A DNA stretch of 64,000 bases from a virus (lineage: Duplodnaviria; Heunggongvirae; Uroviricota; Caudoviricetes): positions 1 to 64,000 of IMG/VR virus record IMGVR_UViG_3300033993_002218; one strand, written 5' to 3'. Shown in pieces: positions 16,932 through 25,357 of the stretch (position 1 is its first letter; the number at the start of each line of letters is the position of its first letter). The notes beneath the pieces are model-generated. The model worked only from the letters and a program-made list of their open reading frames with translations, did no database searches and was not told where the DNA came from. The position numbers and the translations under genes are program-made.

Positions 16932-17960
16932 TTATTTTTTTTTGGATCGCAATGAGTTAATTAAGGCAGCTGCACCAGTTAATGCTGCACCAGCAAGTGC
17001 TGCCTTTCCAGATCCTCTTAATTTAATTCTTGGTACTTTAGAAATTGCAGATGGTTTTACTGTAGGAGGTTTTGGTAAAGATGGTGCCTTGGTTTTTGGA
17101 GTTGACTTTAATGCATTCAATGCTTTAGTCTGTGAAGGTCTAGATGGTTTTGCTGGTGCAATTTGTCTTGGTTTACCAAATTCTTTATCCAATTTAATTC
17201 GACTGTCTCTAGGTAAATGCATTCTTTTAGCGTCCATATCAACCAATTCATCCCTACTTGCCCATTTTGGATCAAGATTTCCAGAAAGTGGTGTAATGCG
17301 CTGAGCACCCTTTGCCGCTTGTCTTGGTGATGGATTGCGACCAACATTGGCATATTGCCTTCCTTGCATTCCCGGTTTGCCAAATCCAGCAATCTTAGAG
17401 TATAATTTTGATCTTGTATTACGCTCACTAGTATCGTTACTGATGGGGAAGTTTGTTAAAATTGAGTTACTTGGAATACGTGGAGCAACTTGATTCTTCC
17501 ACATATCTGCAACATTTCTTGCAACAGATCTTGCTTCACCAGGATTATGTCTTCTTTTTCCCGACTGATTATACCACTCAACATCATAAACTGGTTTATT
17601 ACCTTGAGATGGAGCAATCTGATCCTTTTGACGAATTCTCATCTCAAGATCATTCTTAGTATCACGCACTCTCATACTATAACCTGCGTCGGCATCTATG
17701 TCATATTTACCAGTTTTATCAGGTCTTGCATCAAAGTCAGGATTGTTAGCACCTCGACTGACTTCATTTCTTCTTCTACTACCTTGTCTTGCAATTCTAA
17801 AAGCTTGATCCGATGTTCTAGTTGGATCTCTCTTAAATTCACCTTTTTGTCTATAATACGAAGAAGTCGCCTTACCATAAGGAGTCTTTCCTGATGGTAA
17901 GGGTTCATCTGGTTCGTAATATTTTTCTGATATTTCTAAAAACTCTCTAAAAGTCTTCAT
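16932..17960 (-). CDS. internal-protein-like basic protein with capsid-targeting sequence and a Pro/Lys-rich C-terminus (342 aa)
   Basis: MKTFREFLEISE... An exact T4 late promoter TATAAATA lies 24 nt upstream of the ATG. Confidence 0.65.
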   Translation of the reverse strand: MKTFREFLEISEKYYEPDEPLPSGKTPYGKATSSYYRQKGEFKRDPTRTSDQAFRIARQGSRRRNEVSRGANNPDFDARPDKTGKYDIDADAGYSMRVRDTKNDLEMRIRQKDQIAPSQGNKPVYDVEWYNQSGKRRHNPGEARSVARNVADMWKNQVAPRIPSNSILTNFPISNDTSERNTRSKLYSKIAGFGKPGMQGRQYANVGRNPSPRQAAKGAQRITPLSGNLDPKWASRDELVDMDAKRMHLPRDSRIKLDKEFGKPRQIAPAKPSRPSQTKALNALKSTPKTKAPSLPKPPTVKPSAISKVPRIKLRGSGKAALAGAALTGAAALINSLRSKKK

Positions 17961-17984
17961 TGATTTTGATTTGACCTCTAGGGT

Positions 17985-17992
17985 TATTTATA
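17985..17992 (-). promoter_or_regulatory. T4-type late promoter TATAAATA
   Basis: Plus strand tatttata at 17985-92. 24 nt lie between the box and the ATG of 16932..17960. Confidence 0.6.
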
Positions 17993-18494
17993 ACTTACCA
18001 TCATTACTATAACTTGAATTGATAAAATCAGTCAATTCTTCTTCACTAATTCCTTCCAACATTTTATCAAGTTCATCCTCATTCTTTTTTACATATTTGG
18101 CAAATGGATTCGCATAGTTTTTATTAAAATTCTTGAGACCAGGATTTACTGGTGTCAGTTTAACATATAATTCGGTTGGTTTGTATCCAAAATAAGATTG
18201 CAACCAGGGGCACAACCATACTTTTTCAAAGAGAACCATATCAAGATATGTGGTTCCTTGATCATTTGTTGATTGAAATGAAAGAACCGTATCAGAATCA
18301 TCAAAATCTTCAGTACTCACATAAACTTCAATCTCATCTTGAAGTTTTGGATCACGATTCATTCCAATTCGGAAATACTCATCTAAAACCAATTCAGTTC
18401 CATTGCAGAGTGCTTCGGCAACTGTATTTTGATGCTCATGATCGAATGCCCAAATGCCATATTCAGTTTTGTATGCAGTAATTTTAAGGTTCAT
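17988..18494 (-). CDS. hypothetical protein (168 aa)
   Basis: ORF track. Confidence 0.55.
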   Translation of the reverse strand: MNLKITAYKTEYGIWAFDHEHQNTVAEALCNGTELVLDEYFRIGMNRDPKLQDEIEVYVSTEDFDDSDTVLSFQSTNDQGTTYLDMVLFEKVWLCPWLQSYFGYKPTELYVKLTPVNPGLKNFNKNYANPFAKYVKKNEDELDKMLEGISEEELTDFINSSYSNDGKL

Positions 18495-18499
18495 AAGAC

Positions 18500-18583
18500 T
18501 TAAGGTTCTGGTTGTGGCACTGGTTTATATGGTTGATATGGAGATCCACCACTTTCGGACATGAACTGTGAGAAGGTCTTCAT
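18500..18583 (-). CDS. possible 27 aa mini-ORF with a capsid-targeting-like N-terminus (MKTFSQFMSESGGSPYQPYKPVPQPEP)
   Basis: The MKTFSQFMSE start resembles the IP capsid-targeting sequence. Tightly placed between two genes. Confidence 0.25.
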   Translation of the reverse strand: MKTFSQFMSESGGSPYQPYKPVPQPEP

Positions 18584-18610
18584 GTTTTTATTTGTATTTA
18601 GATCTCACCC

Positions 18611-18880
18611 TCAATCATTATTGTATGGTGGATTGTCAAAACGATGTGCCCAGAGTTGATGAGATCGTTCTTTCATATTCATAACCATGTTATATTTCTT
18701 TTTGATTTCAGAATCATCGGAAAGATCATAGATCTCACCATATCCAACAAAATCATAAATGTCCAGAAAATGATTCAGAACATCATTGAAAAGACTATGT
18801 TCTTCAAATGAAAACTCTATTGTGACTGGTTTCTGATCACAATAGTTATGTTCATTAATTTCAATCATTGGGGTTTGCAT
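18611..18880 (-). CDS. hypothetical protein (89 aa)
   Basis: Strong Shine-Dalgarno TAAGGAGGAATTCTC-ATG. Confidence 0.55.
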   Translation of the reverse strand: MQTPMIEINEHNYCDQKPVTIEFSFEEHSLFNDVLNHFLDIYDFVGYGEIYDLSDDSEIKKKYNMVMNMKERSHQLWAHRFDNPPYNND

Positions 18881-19032
18881 GAGAATTCCTCCTTATTGTC
18901 AAATGTATTATAAGGTATCTTATGAGGCAAATGCCATCAGACTGTGCCAGTTTGAAAAGTGGTCTATCAGTGCAATACAAATGCCAGAATTACACCAAAG
19001 ATAGCACCAGCGACAAATATTTTCATGATATT

Positions 19033-19269
19033 TTATTTTTCATAAATTGATGTTCTTGACTTCAAGTAGTTAAGTTCATTCCACTGTTTCTGATAACATA
19101 AAACCAAAAGACGATCATTTGCATGAATTGACGATGCCTTATAATTAATTTGATTTTTTGGTTTTACCAAAACCTCAATAGTAATGTAGTCAGAATCCTT
19201 GAAATAAACCCAACCTTCAACATTTCTTTTCCATGTCACATAATCATTGACTTTTGGAACATAACTCAT
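19033..19269 (-). CDS. hypothetical protein (78 aa, trimmed start MSYVP)
   Basis: ATGA overlap with the upstream small ORF. Confidence 0.5.
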   Translation of the reverse strand: MSYVPKVNDYVTWKRNVEGWVYFKDSDYITIEVLVKPKNQINYKASSIHANDRLLVLCYQKQWNELNYLKSRTSIYEK

Positions 19270-19433
19270 TCTTCCAAATCTAATACTGCACGAAGACAAT
19301 TGGGATTATATCCCTGAGTAAGATAATGTTGAAGTTTTTGATTACATTGTTCCTTTGTAAGTTTGGTTGCTGACTCGTCAATCAACTCCCAACCATTTGT
19401 AAACAATTCTTCAATACGATACAATTGTGTCAT
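19266..19433 (-). CDS. hypothetical small protein (about 55 aa)
   Basis: Hand-translated MTQLYRIEELFTNGWELIDESATKLTKEQCNQKLQHYLTQGYNPNCLRAVLDLEE. ATGA-coupled on both sides. Confidence 0.35.
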   Translation of the reverse strand: MTQLYRIEELFTNGWELIDESATKLTKEQCNQKLQHYLTQGYNPNCLRAVLDLEE

Positions 19434-19660
19434 GTGGTAAATGCCTCCAGAATGCCAGATTCATATTCATCAACAAGAGCGAACTTTTGTGCATTGACTA
19501 CACGATCCATAATCCGATCTGTATAGCGATCATCAAATTGCTTTTCTGCAACAAGAAGTTCAAATGCCTCAGTATCAGATTGAGCAATCAGATTGATCAG
19601 ACCACCACCTTCAGATGCTGGAAACGGAACCCAGTAATCAACGATATAAAGATACTTCAT
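19430..19660 (-). CDS. hypothetical protein (76 aa)
   Basis: ORF track. Confidence 0.5.
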   Translation of the reverse strand: MKYLYIVDYWVPFPASEGGGLINLIAQSDTEAFELLVAEKQFDDRYTDRIMDRVVNAQKFALVDEYESGILEAFTT

Positions 19661-19673
19661 TTGTTTTTGTAAA

Positions 19674-19844
19674 TTACTCCTTAATTGTAGATGAATGTGT
19701 GAGATTTGTCAATTGTCTTTGAACTTCAATTTGAAGTGAAATGAGATGTGAATACAGAAAAGATTGATACTCATTTCCCTTCAGAAGAGAAGTGAGATTA
19801 TCAATCTGTAGAAGTGCCAGAATCAGTTTGCTTTTCTCATTCAT
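19674..19844 (-). CDS. hypothetical protein (56 aa, trimmed)
   Basis: The start MNEKS follows the upstream stop as TGA-T-ATG. Confidence 0.4.
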   Translation of the reverse strand: MNEKSKLILALLQIDNLTSLLKGNEYQSFLYSHLISLQIEVQRQLTNLTHSSTIKE

Positions 19845-19845
19845 A

Positions 19846-20049
19846 TCACATGAATTCGGCAAGATAGTAATCAACCGTCACTTCCAGTTCTGCCGCTTTT
19901 TTTTCAATCTCATCATGAACTGTTTTTTGAGCAGTTTTCTTAGAGTTCAGATATGCCATCTTACTCTGATGGTACAGTTTTTCCACTTCGGCATGTTTGA
20001 TGAAATCCTTAAGTGCCTTGATGAATTGGTTAATATCAGAATCGTTCAT
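19846..20049 (-). CDS. hypothetical protein (67 aa, trimmed start MNDSD)
   Basis: ORF track, trimmed. Confidence 0.45.
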   Translation of the reverse strand: MNDSDINQFIKALKDFIKHAEVEKLYHQSKMAYLNSKKTAQKTVHDEIEKKAAELEVTVDYYLAEFM

Positions 20050-20189
20050 TTGGAAAGATGGCAATGGGGATGTGAGATTTCGGCACATTTAGTGTCATAT
20101 GCCTTGAAGAGTTCTTGATCACGTTTGATCAGAACTACATTATACATCAGAATGGCAATGAATGCAAGAAAGATGTAAGTTGGTTTCAT
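20046..20189 (-). CDS. small membrane-anchored protein (about 47 aa)
   Basis: MKPTYIFLAFIAILMYNVVLIKRDQ... has an N-terminal transmembrane helix. GAGGA Shine-Dalgarno. ATGA overlap downstream. Confidence 0.4.
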   Translation of the reverse strand: MKPTYIFLAFIAILMYNVVLIKRDQELFKAYDTKCAEISHPHCHLSK

Positions 20190-20264
20190 CAGTCCTCTGT
20201 GTGTATGAAAGTATTATAGGGCATCCAGGGTGATGTGGAGTGCCCTGTGCCAGTTGTCAGAGTG

Positions 20265-20681
20265 TCACACTGCTACCAGTTTTTTCGGATCAAACTTGCC
20301 ATAAGTGATGACTGCATTTTCAACTTGAACTTTACCATTCATAAAATACTTGACCCACATATCCTCAGGTTCTTCACCCTTACCAGTAAGAATGAACAGC
20401 ACATTCGGATATTCCTTAGAAAGCCTACACATATCCTCAGTGTGGTCATACCATTTTTGTTGAACACCAAATGGATTGAAAGTTAGAAAATTAACCACAT
20501 CATTTTGAGTAGCAATGCTGGTCTCATACATCTTTTCAACATCTTTGATGAGTCGTTTCTTCAACTCATCAGAGATATTTGATTGTTGAATTTCTTCAAT
20601 TTCGGATTGTTTCTTTTTCTCAACATGACCTTTGTCTTGAGAATTGTCAATGCTCAGTTCGTAGTAAGTGTAGTAACCCAT
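20265..20681 (-). CDS. hypothetical protein (138 aa)
   Basis: ORF track. Confidence 0.55.
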   Translation of the reverse strand: MGYYTYYELSIDNSQDKGHVEKKKQSEIEEIQQSNISDELKKRLIKDVEKMYETSIATQNDVVNFLTFNPFGVQQKWYDHTEDMCRLSKEYPNVLFILTGKGEEPEDMWVKYFMNGKVQVENAVITYGKFDPKKLVAV

Positions 20682-20715
20682 GTTCGGTGTCTTGTGTGTA
20701 TATGAGTATTATAGG

Positions 20716-20925
20716 TCAGAAGGAGGGGGTCAGGTCGTACCGTAGTCCAGTTTGCGAACTGTCCATCCGCTCCATCACAGAATAGAGTTTGTTATAGAGT
20801 GCTGGCGCACTCCCATAGTCTCTGGCAATGTGAATTTGATCAATATTCTCTAGATTTTGAAGTGCAGAGAGGATAATACCAATCTCATGCACATTTAGAT
20901 TTACTTGTGTTTCTGTCATATTCAT
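20716..20925 (-). CDS. hypothetical protein (69 aa)
   Basis: ORF track. Confidence 0.45.
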   Translation of the reverse strand: MNMTETQVNLNVHEIGIILSALQNLENIDQIHIARDYGSAPALYNKLYSVMERMDSSQTGLRYDLTPSF

Positions 20926-20928
20926 TAA

Positions 20929-21072
20929 TTATGTGGGATTTACTTCAACTGAACGAACATTTGGAGTTTGATTAAAGATGCGCTCACAGAGAACAGATGA
21001 TTCGGAATTGGTTTCCACAATCTCTTGAAAATACTCTCCGTTAAGAGTTTCTATTGTAACGATGTAAGTCAT
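20929..21072 (-). CDS. hypothetical small protein (about 47 aa)
   Basis: Hand-translated MTYIVTIETLNGEYFQEIVETNSESSVLCERIFNQTPNVRSVEVNPT. Confidence 0.3.
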   Translation of the reverse strand: MTYIVTIETLNGEYFQEIVETNSESSVLCERIFNQTPNVRSVEVNPT

Positions 21073-21173
21073 TTAATCCAAGGCAATCTTAGGGTTTCTA
21101 CTACACGATCAATCAGTTCTTTTTTCTTCTTTGGGTCTAGAAGAATTTCTTTAATATTCAATCTTCGAATCAT
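21069..21173 (-). CDS. hypothetical small basic protein (about 34 aa)
   Basis: Hand-translated MIRRLNIKEILLDPKKKKELIDRVVETLRLPWIK. ATGA overlap downstream. Confidence 0.25.
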   Translation of the reverse strand: MIRRLNIKEILLDPKKKKELIDRVVETLRLPWIK

Positions 21174-21174
21174 T

Positions 21175-21372
21175 TCAGTTGCCTTCAAAATTGTTGATAA
21201 TGTTTCGGGCAAACTTCATGAAACCATATGAAGTCAAACCAAGACCATCATAACCATCAAGCATATCAGTCTGATTGTAGGTGTTCACAATCAGCAGGCA
21301 AGCATCGTAGAGTGCTGCCTGATGCTCCTCTTCAGAACGGAAGGAGATCGCGTTGTGGGATGGAAGAGTCAT
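21175..21372 (-). CDS. hypothetical protein (65 aa)
   Basis: ORF track. Confidence 0.45.
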   Translation of the reverse strand: MTLPSHNAISFRSEEEHQAALYDACLLIVNTYNQTDMLDGYDGLGLTSYGFMKFARNIINNFEGN

Positions 21373-21399
21373 GGGTTCGTTCCCTTGATTACCTTGTAA

Positions 21400-21897
21400 T
21401 TATACTGCCTGCAGCAGGCGGTTCGGGAAGTGCTGTGCCAGTTCAAGAGGTGGCACAGGGTTTTTCTCCAGAATATACTCCAGATATAGCGTTTCTTCTT
21501 GCTCCCGTGCCTCAATTTCGTGTGGTTGATCGTCATAAGCATAAAATTCCACTGGTTCTTTACAATAAAGCATTTTTCCACGACGGAACTGCAGGGAACC
21601 CATCACCCACTGTCGTAGATGAACCAGTTCATGAAAAAGAGTTTTTATATACAACTCCTCATTCATATGAGTCTGAAGTTCAATCAGAAAACTGCGTGGT
21701 CGTCTAAAATCATCCTCAAAATCACACCAACCGTAGACAAATTCACGCTTCAGTCCACGATGCAGAATCTCCACTTCAATTTTATGTCGTGGAAGAAACT
21801 TATTCAGAAACCAAACGGTAATGTCCTCACAGAGGCGTTTAGAATAACCGTATCCAGAAGTCTTAATGTAATACATGAACCCCAGTGCAAAAACCAA
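21400..21897 (-). CDS. putative zinc metallopeptidase-like protein (HExxH motif, 165 aa). Start uncertain.
   Basis: TLFHELVHLRQW contains HELVH. No other family assignment is possible by eye. Confidence 0.45.
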   Translation of the reverse strand: MVFALGFMYYIKTSGYGYSKRLCEDITVWFLNKFLPRHKIEVEILHRGLKREFVYGWCDFEDDFRRPRSFLIELQTHMNEELYIKTLFHELVHLRQWVMGSLQFRRGKMLYCKEPVEFYAYDDQPHEIEAREQEETLYLEYILEKNPVPPLELAQHFPNRLLQAV

Positions 21898-21939
21898 ATG
21901 AACGAAGAAATGAAAATGAGTTTGTCAGTTGTTGTCATC

Positions 21940-22095
21940 TTTAAAATAAGATCTTAGATGCTTATAAACTTTTATGGATTCATGATAAAGTTCAACATCA
22001 TCTTCTTCATAATCTTCCTCTGAACTATAATCATAAAATTCTCTAATAGTATACATTAGTAAATCAAGTTGTTGCCGAATTTCAAGATTAGTCAT
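21940..22095 (-). CDS. hypothetical small acidic protein (about 51 aa)
   Basis: Hand-translated MTNLEIRQQLDLLMYTIREFYDYSSEEDYEEDDVELYHESIKVYKASKILF. ATGA overlap upstream. Confidence 0.3.
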
Positions 22096-22253
22096 ACATA
22101 CATCCTATTATCAAGATAATCAATTAATGTAACATTGGGATCTACATTATCTGGCACATATTCATAGAAAAAATATTCCATTGCAGCATATGCTTGATCC
22201 GAAGAATCTTCATGCAAAAGAAACATAATTTGACGAAAAGTGAATTCATTCAT
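22092..22253 (-). CDS. hypothetical protein (53 aa, trimmed start MNEFT)
   Basis: ORF track, trimmed. Confidence 0.4.
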   Translation of the reverse strand: MNEFTFRQIMFLLHEDSSDQAYAAMEYFFYEYVPDNVDPNVTLIDYLDNRMYV

Positions 22254-22621
22254 CAGCAAGCAAAAGTAAGTCCTCCAAGTGATGCACCCAATGCAGTTGC
22301 CCAACCATAATTTCGTGGATAATTCATGGCAGCAGCACGACCAATTGCACCACCAAGTACGGCACCCAATACAGTTCTTGTAGGATTACAGTTTGGATTA
22401 GTTGCCTTACCACCATTACTATAGTACTGATTTGCACCATTGCAAGGAACATTGTAAGTTTGAACACTTACACCGCCAGGTACATAATTACCATAACGAT
22501 CATATCCACCGGGTCGATAGACTTCTTGATTCTGAGTGCAGACTGCAAAGTTATTCACTTGTTGTGCCATCACGGGAATCGGAGCAAACAGAAGTGCGGA
22601 AAGAAGGAAAAGTTTTTTCAT
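22253..22621 (-). CDS. secreted glycine-zipper protein (122 aa). Signal peptide then a GxxxG-rich C-terminus.
   Basis: MKKLFLLSALLFAPIPVMA signal peptide. GAVLGGAIGRAAA...ALGASLGG glycine zipper, like the 17 kDa antigen / Gly-zipper OMP family. Confidence 0.6.
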   Translation of the reverse strand: MKKLFLLSALLFAPIPVMAQQVNNFAVCTQNQEVYRPGGYDRYGNYVPGGVSVQTYNVPCNGANQYYSNGGKATNPNCNPTRTVLGAVLGGAIGRAAAMNYPRNYGWATALGASLGGLTFAC

Positions 22622-22698
22622 TATTCTTTGCGTATGAGAGTATTATAAGGCAAGAAAGGGCACCCCGAAGGATGCCCTGTGCCAGTTGTCAAAGTGTC
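22622..22698 (-). promoter_or_regulatory. intergenic cassette (type A) with a textbook terminator hairpin
   Basis: Minus strand: ACACTTTGACAACTGGCACA box, hairpin GGGCATCC-TTCG-GGGTGCCC, TTTCTT run, then TTATAAT. Confidence 0.6.
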
Positions 22699-22699
22699 A

Positions 22700-23518
22700 T
22701 CACTTACCAGTCAGACCACCAGGCAGGAAATCCATCTTAGCACCGTTGATAATCACCATCTTTTGGATGCTACCATTCTCAAATGCTGCTTTGAGGATTT
22801 CGTTACGTTGATACTCCAGAGATTGAGTCGTCACAGTAGAAGCAAGTGCCTTATTCTCTTCTGCTTTCAGTTGAGCAGTGCGAGTTTTCACCTCTTGCTC
22901 TTTATTTGCCGATTGGGCAGCAACCACACGGTTCACAGAGGCAACCAGTGCGTCAGGCAGGTCTGCTTTCACAACCACAACGGATTCAATATCAATCTTA
23001 CCGGCAAGGTTGTTCTTCTCCAGAGACAGATTCAGATTCTGTTTGATAGTTTCTTGAATCTTATCCAGACTGCTGTTCACTTCCAGAGCAGGATATTCAT
23101 CAACCGATTGGTTCACGGCAGAAGTAATCAGACGTTTGATGAAACTTGCCATCAGTTCAATCTGACCATTCTCACTGACACCGTGATTGGTAATATCATA
23201 ACCAGTGTAGAAATTATACAGACTGGTGGGAGACAGACTATAAGTAACCACAACATCCATATCTTTCATAATGGTGTTGTCTTTGGTCTTGGGAGTCAGA
23301 TCACTGGATTGTACTGTGATCTTACGAGTGTTGAATACCTTAATAGAACCAAAACCATCGTATTTGATACCAGGAGTGAGAACTTCATTCTTCACCTGAC
23401 CATCAAATCCAATATAGAGACCATTTTCACCAGTGTTAATCGTAGTGAATTGACCAGCAGTGAGAATCAGTGCCAGAAAAACACCGCCAACACCAATAGC
23501 AATTTTTCCAGTAGACAT
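22700..23518 (-). CDS. SPFH / band-7 (prohibitin-stomatin-HflKC family) membrane protein (272 aa)
   Basis: N-terminal transmembrane helix followed by an SPFH-like core and a long Ala/Lys/Glu coiled-coil tail. Confidence 0.8.
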   Translation of the reverse strand: MSTGKIAIGVGGVFLALILTAGQFTTINTGENGLYIGFDGQVKNEVLTPGIKYDGFGSIKVFNTRKITVQSSDLTPKTKDNTIMKDMDVVVTYSLSPTSLYNFYTGYDITNHGVSENGQIELMASFIKRLITSAVNQSVDEYPALEVNSSLDKIQETIKQNLNLSLEKNNLAGKIDIESVVVVKADLPDALVASVNRVVAAQSANKEQEVKTRTAQLKAEENKALASTVTTQSLEYQRNEILKAAFENGSIQKMVIINGAKMDFLPGGLTGK

Positions 23519-23545
23519 AATTTAAGTTAATTAAGTAAAGAACAA

Positions 23546-23707
23546 TTAGTCAGAAGTGAGACCAGCATAGATAAATGCTGCTCCCAGAATAAGAATCAGA
23601 ACAAGAGGTAGCATCTTGATAAAGAACAAGACAGGAATACCTCTTGCAAGAAGCACAAGGAGAATCAGAAGTATTCCGATTCCTGTGCCAAGAATGCGTC
23701 CAATCAT
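23546..23707 (-). CDS. small two-helix membrane protein (about 53 aa). Possible NfeD-like partner of the SPFH protein.
   Basis: Hand-translated MIGRILGTGIGILLILLVLLARGIPVLFFIKMLPLVLILILGAAFIYAGLTSD. It sits immediately upstream of the SPFH gene on the same strand. Confidence 0.4.
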   Translation of the reverse strand: MIGRILGTGIGILLILLVLLARGIPVLFFIKMLPLVLILILGAAFIYAGLTSD

Positions 23708-23710
23708 ACC

Positions 23711-23932
23711 TTAAATTTCCTCAGGTTCCCAAACAGCATTTTCAATATACTGTTTTGATGTGGAGTCACTGTTGAGAGGATGGTCATCTTCAAACTCTCC
23801 AATTTCAGTAGATTGTACAGATACAATTGTAGTGAGAATTCTATCTTGGTTTTGCAAACCATAGAGGATGTAATCAAGTTTATCAAGATAATCTAAGTCA
23901 ACACAAACAATTTCAACTTTGTATGCTTTCAT
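23711..23932 (-). CDS. hypothetical protein (73 aa)
   Basis: ORF track. Confidence 0.45.
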   Translation of the reverse strand: MKAYKVEIVCVDLDYLDKLDYILYGLQNQDRILTTIVSVQSTEIGEFEDDHPLNSDSTSKQYIENAVWEPEEI

Positions 23933-23944
23933 AATGTTAAATTC

Positions 23945-24364
23945 TCAAGGAACAATCCAATCGTAACCATCAGGTTGTTTAACACTCTCAGAACCATCAT
24001 ATTCATCAATACGATAGGCACCAGAGACCTCAGCAATAGCAAGTTTAGCATAATCACCGTCTGCTTCCTCACCAAGTTCTTCTACAACTTGAACAAGAAT
24101 GGGGTCGTGTCGGTCAACATTATGGTCATACCAAGTTTGTTCGGAAAGCTTTTTATTGTAAGCAAGACGTTCAGTAAGAGACATAGAAGACCATTCCTTC
24201 TTTTCAAGACGTTCTTCAGGTGGAACCAACCAAATGGTGAAGATACCCATAAAGTCACCATTTTCAATCCAAACTTCTTTGCCTTGAAGTTCCCAGTAAC
24301 GCTTACATGCTTCACGGGAAAGACCGAATCCACCGTAGCAGGCATTATATACTACTTTAGTCAT
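23945..24364 (-). CDS. hypothetical protein (139 aa)
   Basis: ORF track. Confidence 0.55.
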   Translation of the reverse strand: MTKVVYNACYGGFGLSREACKRYWELQGKEVWIENGDFMGIFTIWLVPPEERLEKKEWSSMSLTERLAYNKKLSEQTWYDHNVDRHDPILVQVVEELGEEADGDYAKLAIAEVSGAYRIDEYDGSESVKQPDGYDWIVP

Positions 24365-24624
24365 TTGAATGCTCCAGCAATAATAGCAATGACAATAGCG
24401 ATAGTAAGAATTACGACCGCAAGTAAAAGACTAATCCAAATGGGAGACAATACCCACCACCAAGACCAAGTAATAACATTAGTCAGTTTGAGACCAATGA
24501 ACAGAACAGTCAGAGCACCAGTGAAACTGATACCACCAGAAGATGAAGAAGATGAAGATGACATAGTTTTGGAACGTGATTGTTTGATTGCGTTTTGTTC
24601 AATGAGATCAAGAAGTTTGCTCAT
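24361..24624 (-). CDS. membrane protein (87 aa). Ser-run followed by two transmembrane helices.
   Basis: SSSSSSSSGG then hydrophobic ALTVLFIGL... and SLLLAVVILTIAIVIAIIAGAF. Confidence 0.55.
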   Translation of the reverse strand: MSKLLDLIEQNAIKQSRSKTMSSSSSSSSGGISFTGALTVLFIGLKLTNVITWSWWWVLSPIWISLLLAVVILTIAIVIAIIAGAFK

Positions 24625-24636
24625 TTCTTATGATAA

Positions 24637-24831
24637 TCAGTTATAAGTGCAGAGTTGAGTCATACGACCGTATTGAATGCCTTCAGACCATTTACCACCA
24701 GCATTCATACAGGATTGTTTGTTTGGAATAACAGAGTTGCCTGTGACAACACCTACACCAATAGCAAGTAGAATGCCACCAATGGCAACGGCAATCATCA
24801 GTTCAACAAGAGTAAATCCTTTGGAGTTCAT
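24637..24831 (-). CDS. type IV pilin / pseudopilin-like small protein (64 aa)
   Basis: MNSKGFTLVELMIAVAIGGILLAIG is a canonical prepilin class III signal: G-FTLxE at the cleavage site, then a hydrophobic helix with a conserved E. Confidence 0.6.
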   Translation of the reverse strand: MNSKGFTLVELMIAVAIGGILLAIGVGVVTGNSVIPNKQSCMNAGGKWSEGIQYGRMTQLCTYN

Positions 24832-24912
24832 TGGGTTTCGTTGATTACTTGTTTATTATAAGGCATCAAAGGGCACCTGTGAAGTGCCCCTGTGCCAGTT
24901 AGTCAGGTGTCC
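24832..24912 (-). promoter_or_regulatory. intergenic cassette (type A) with a perfect hairpin
   Basis: ttattataaggcatcaaagggcacctgtgaagtgcccctgtgccagttagtcaggtgtcc. Hairpin GGGCAC-CTGTGAA-GTGCCC. Confidence 0.55.
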
Positions 24913-25346
24913 GTCATATTGAACCAAGTTTCAAATTGAACCGGTTCAATTTGCTTGAGTTTATCAATAATATCATCAGAAAGATTTCCTTCATCATAAA
25001 GATTAAAGAAATGGTCATAGAAAATACCAAATTCAAAAACACCACTTCCAGTTCCAAATACAGGAAGAATCTCAGGAAGATACTGAGGAAAATGCTTTTG
25101 AAATACTTCAACTTCACTTTCAGTAAGATCAGTCACCGTAAATCTACTACGATAGTCTTCATAATCGCAGAAGGTCAATGTTTCATTAGTTCCAAATCCA
25201 ATTTCCAATTCTTGACCTGGAAATAAATCAAAGTAAATCTTTGCAAGAGCAAAAAGTTTTTCAATTTCTTGATAATCTTTTACTGCAAATGCCTCCACAT
25301 TAAATTCATCTGCCCAATTATCTTGAAATTTGATAAGTTGTTTCAT
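24903..25346 (-). CDS. hypothetical acidic protein (147 aa)
   Basis: ORF track. Confidence 0.55.
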   Translation of the reverse strand: MKQLIKFQDNWADEFNVEAFAVKDYQEIEKLFALAKIYFDLFPGQELEIGFGTNETLTFCDYEDYRSRFTVTDLTESEVEVFQKHFPQYLPEILPVFGTGSGVFEFGIFYDHFFNLYDEGNLSDDIIDKLKQIEPVQFETWFNMTDT

Positions 25347-25357
25347 TTGAATAATAA

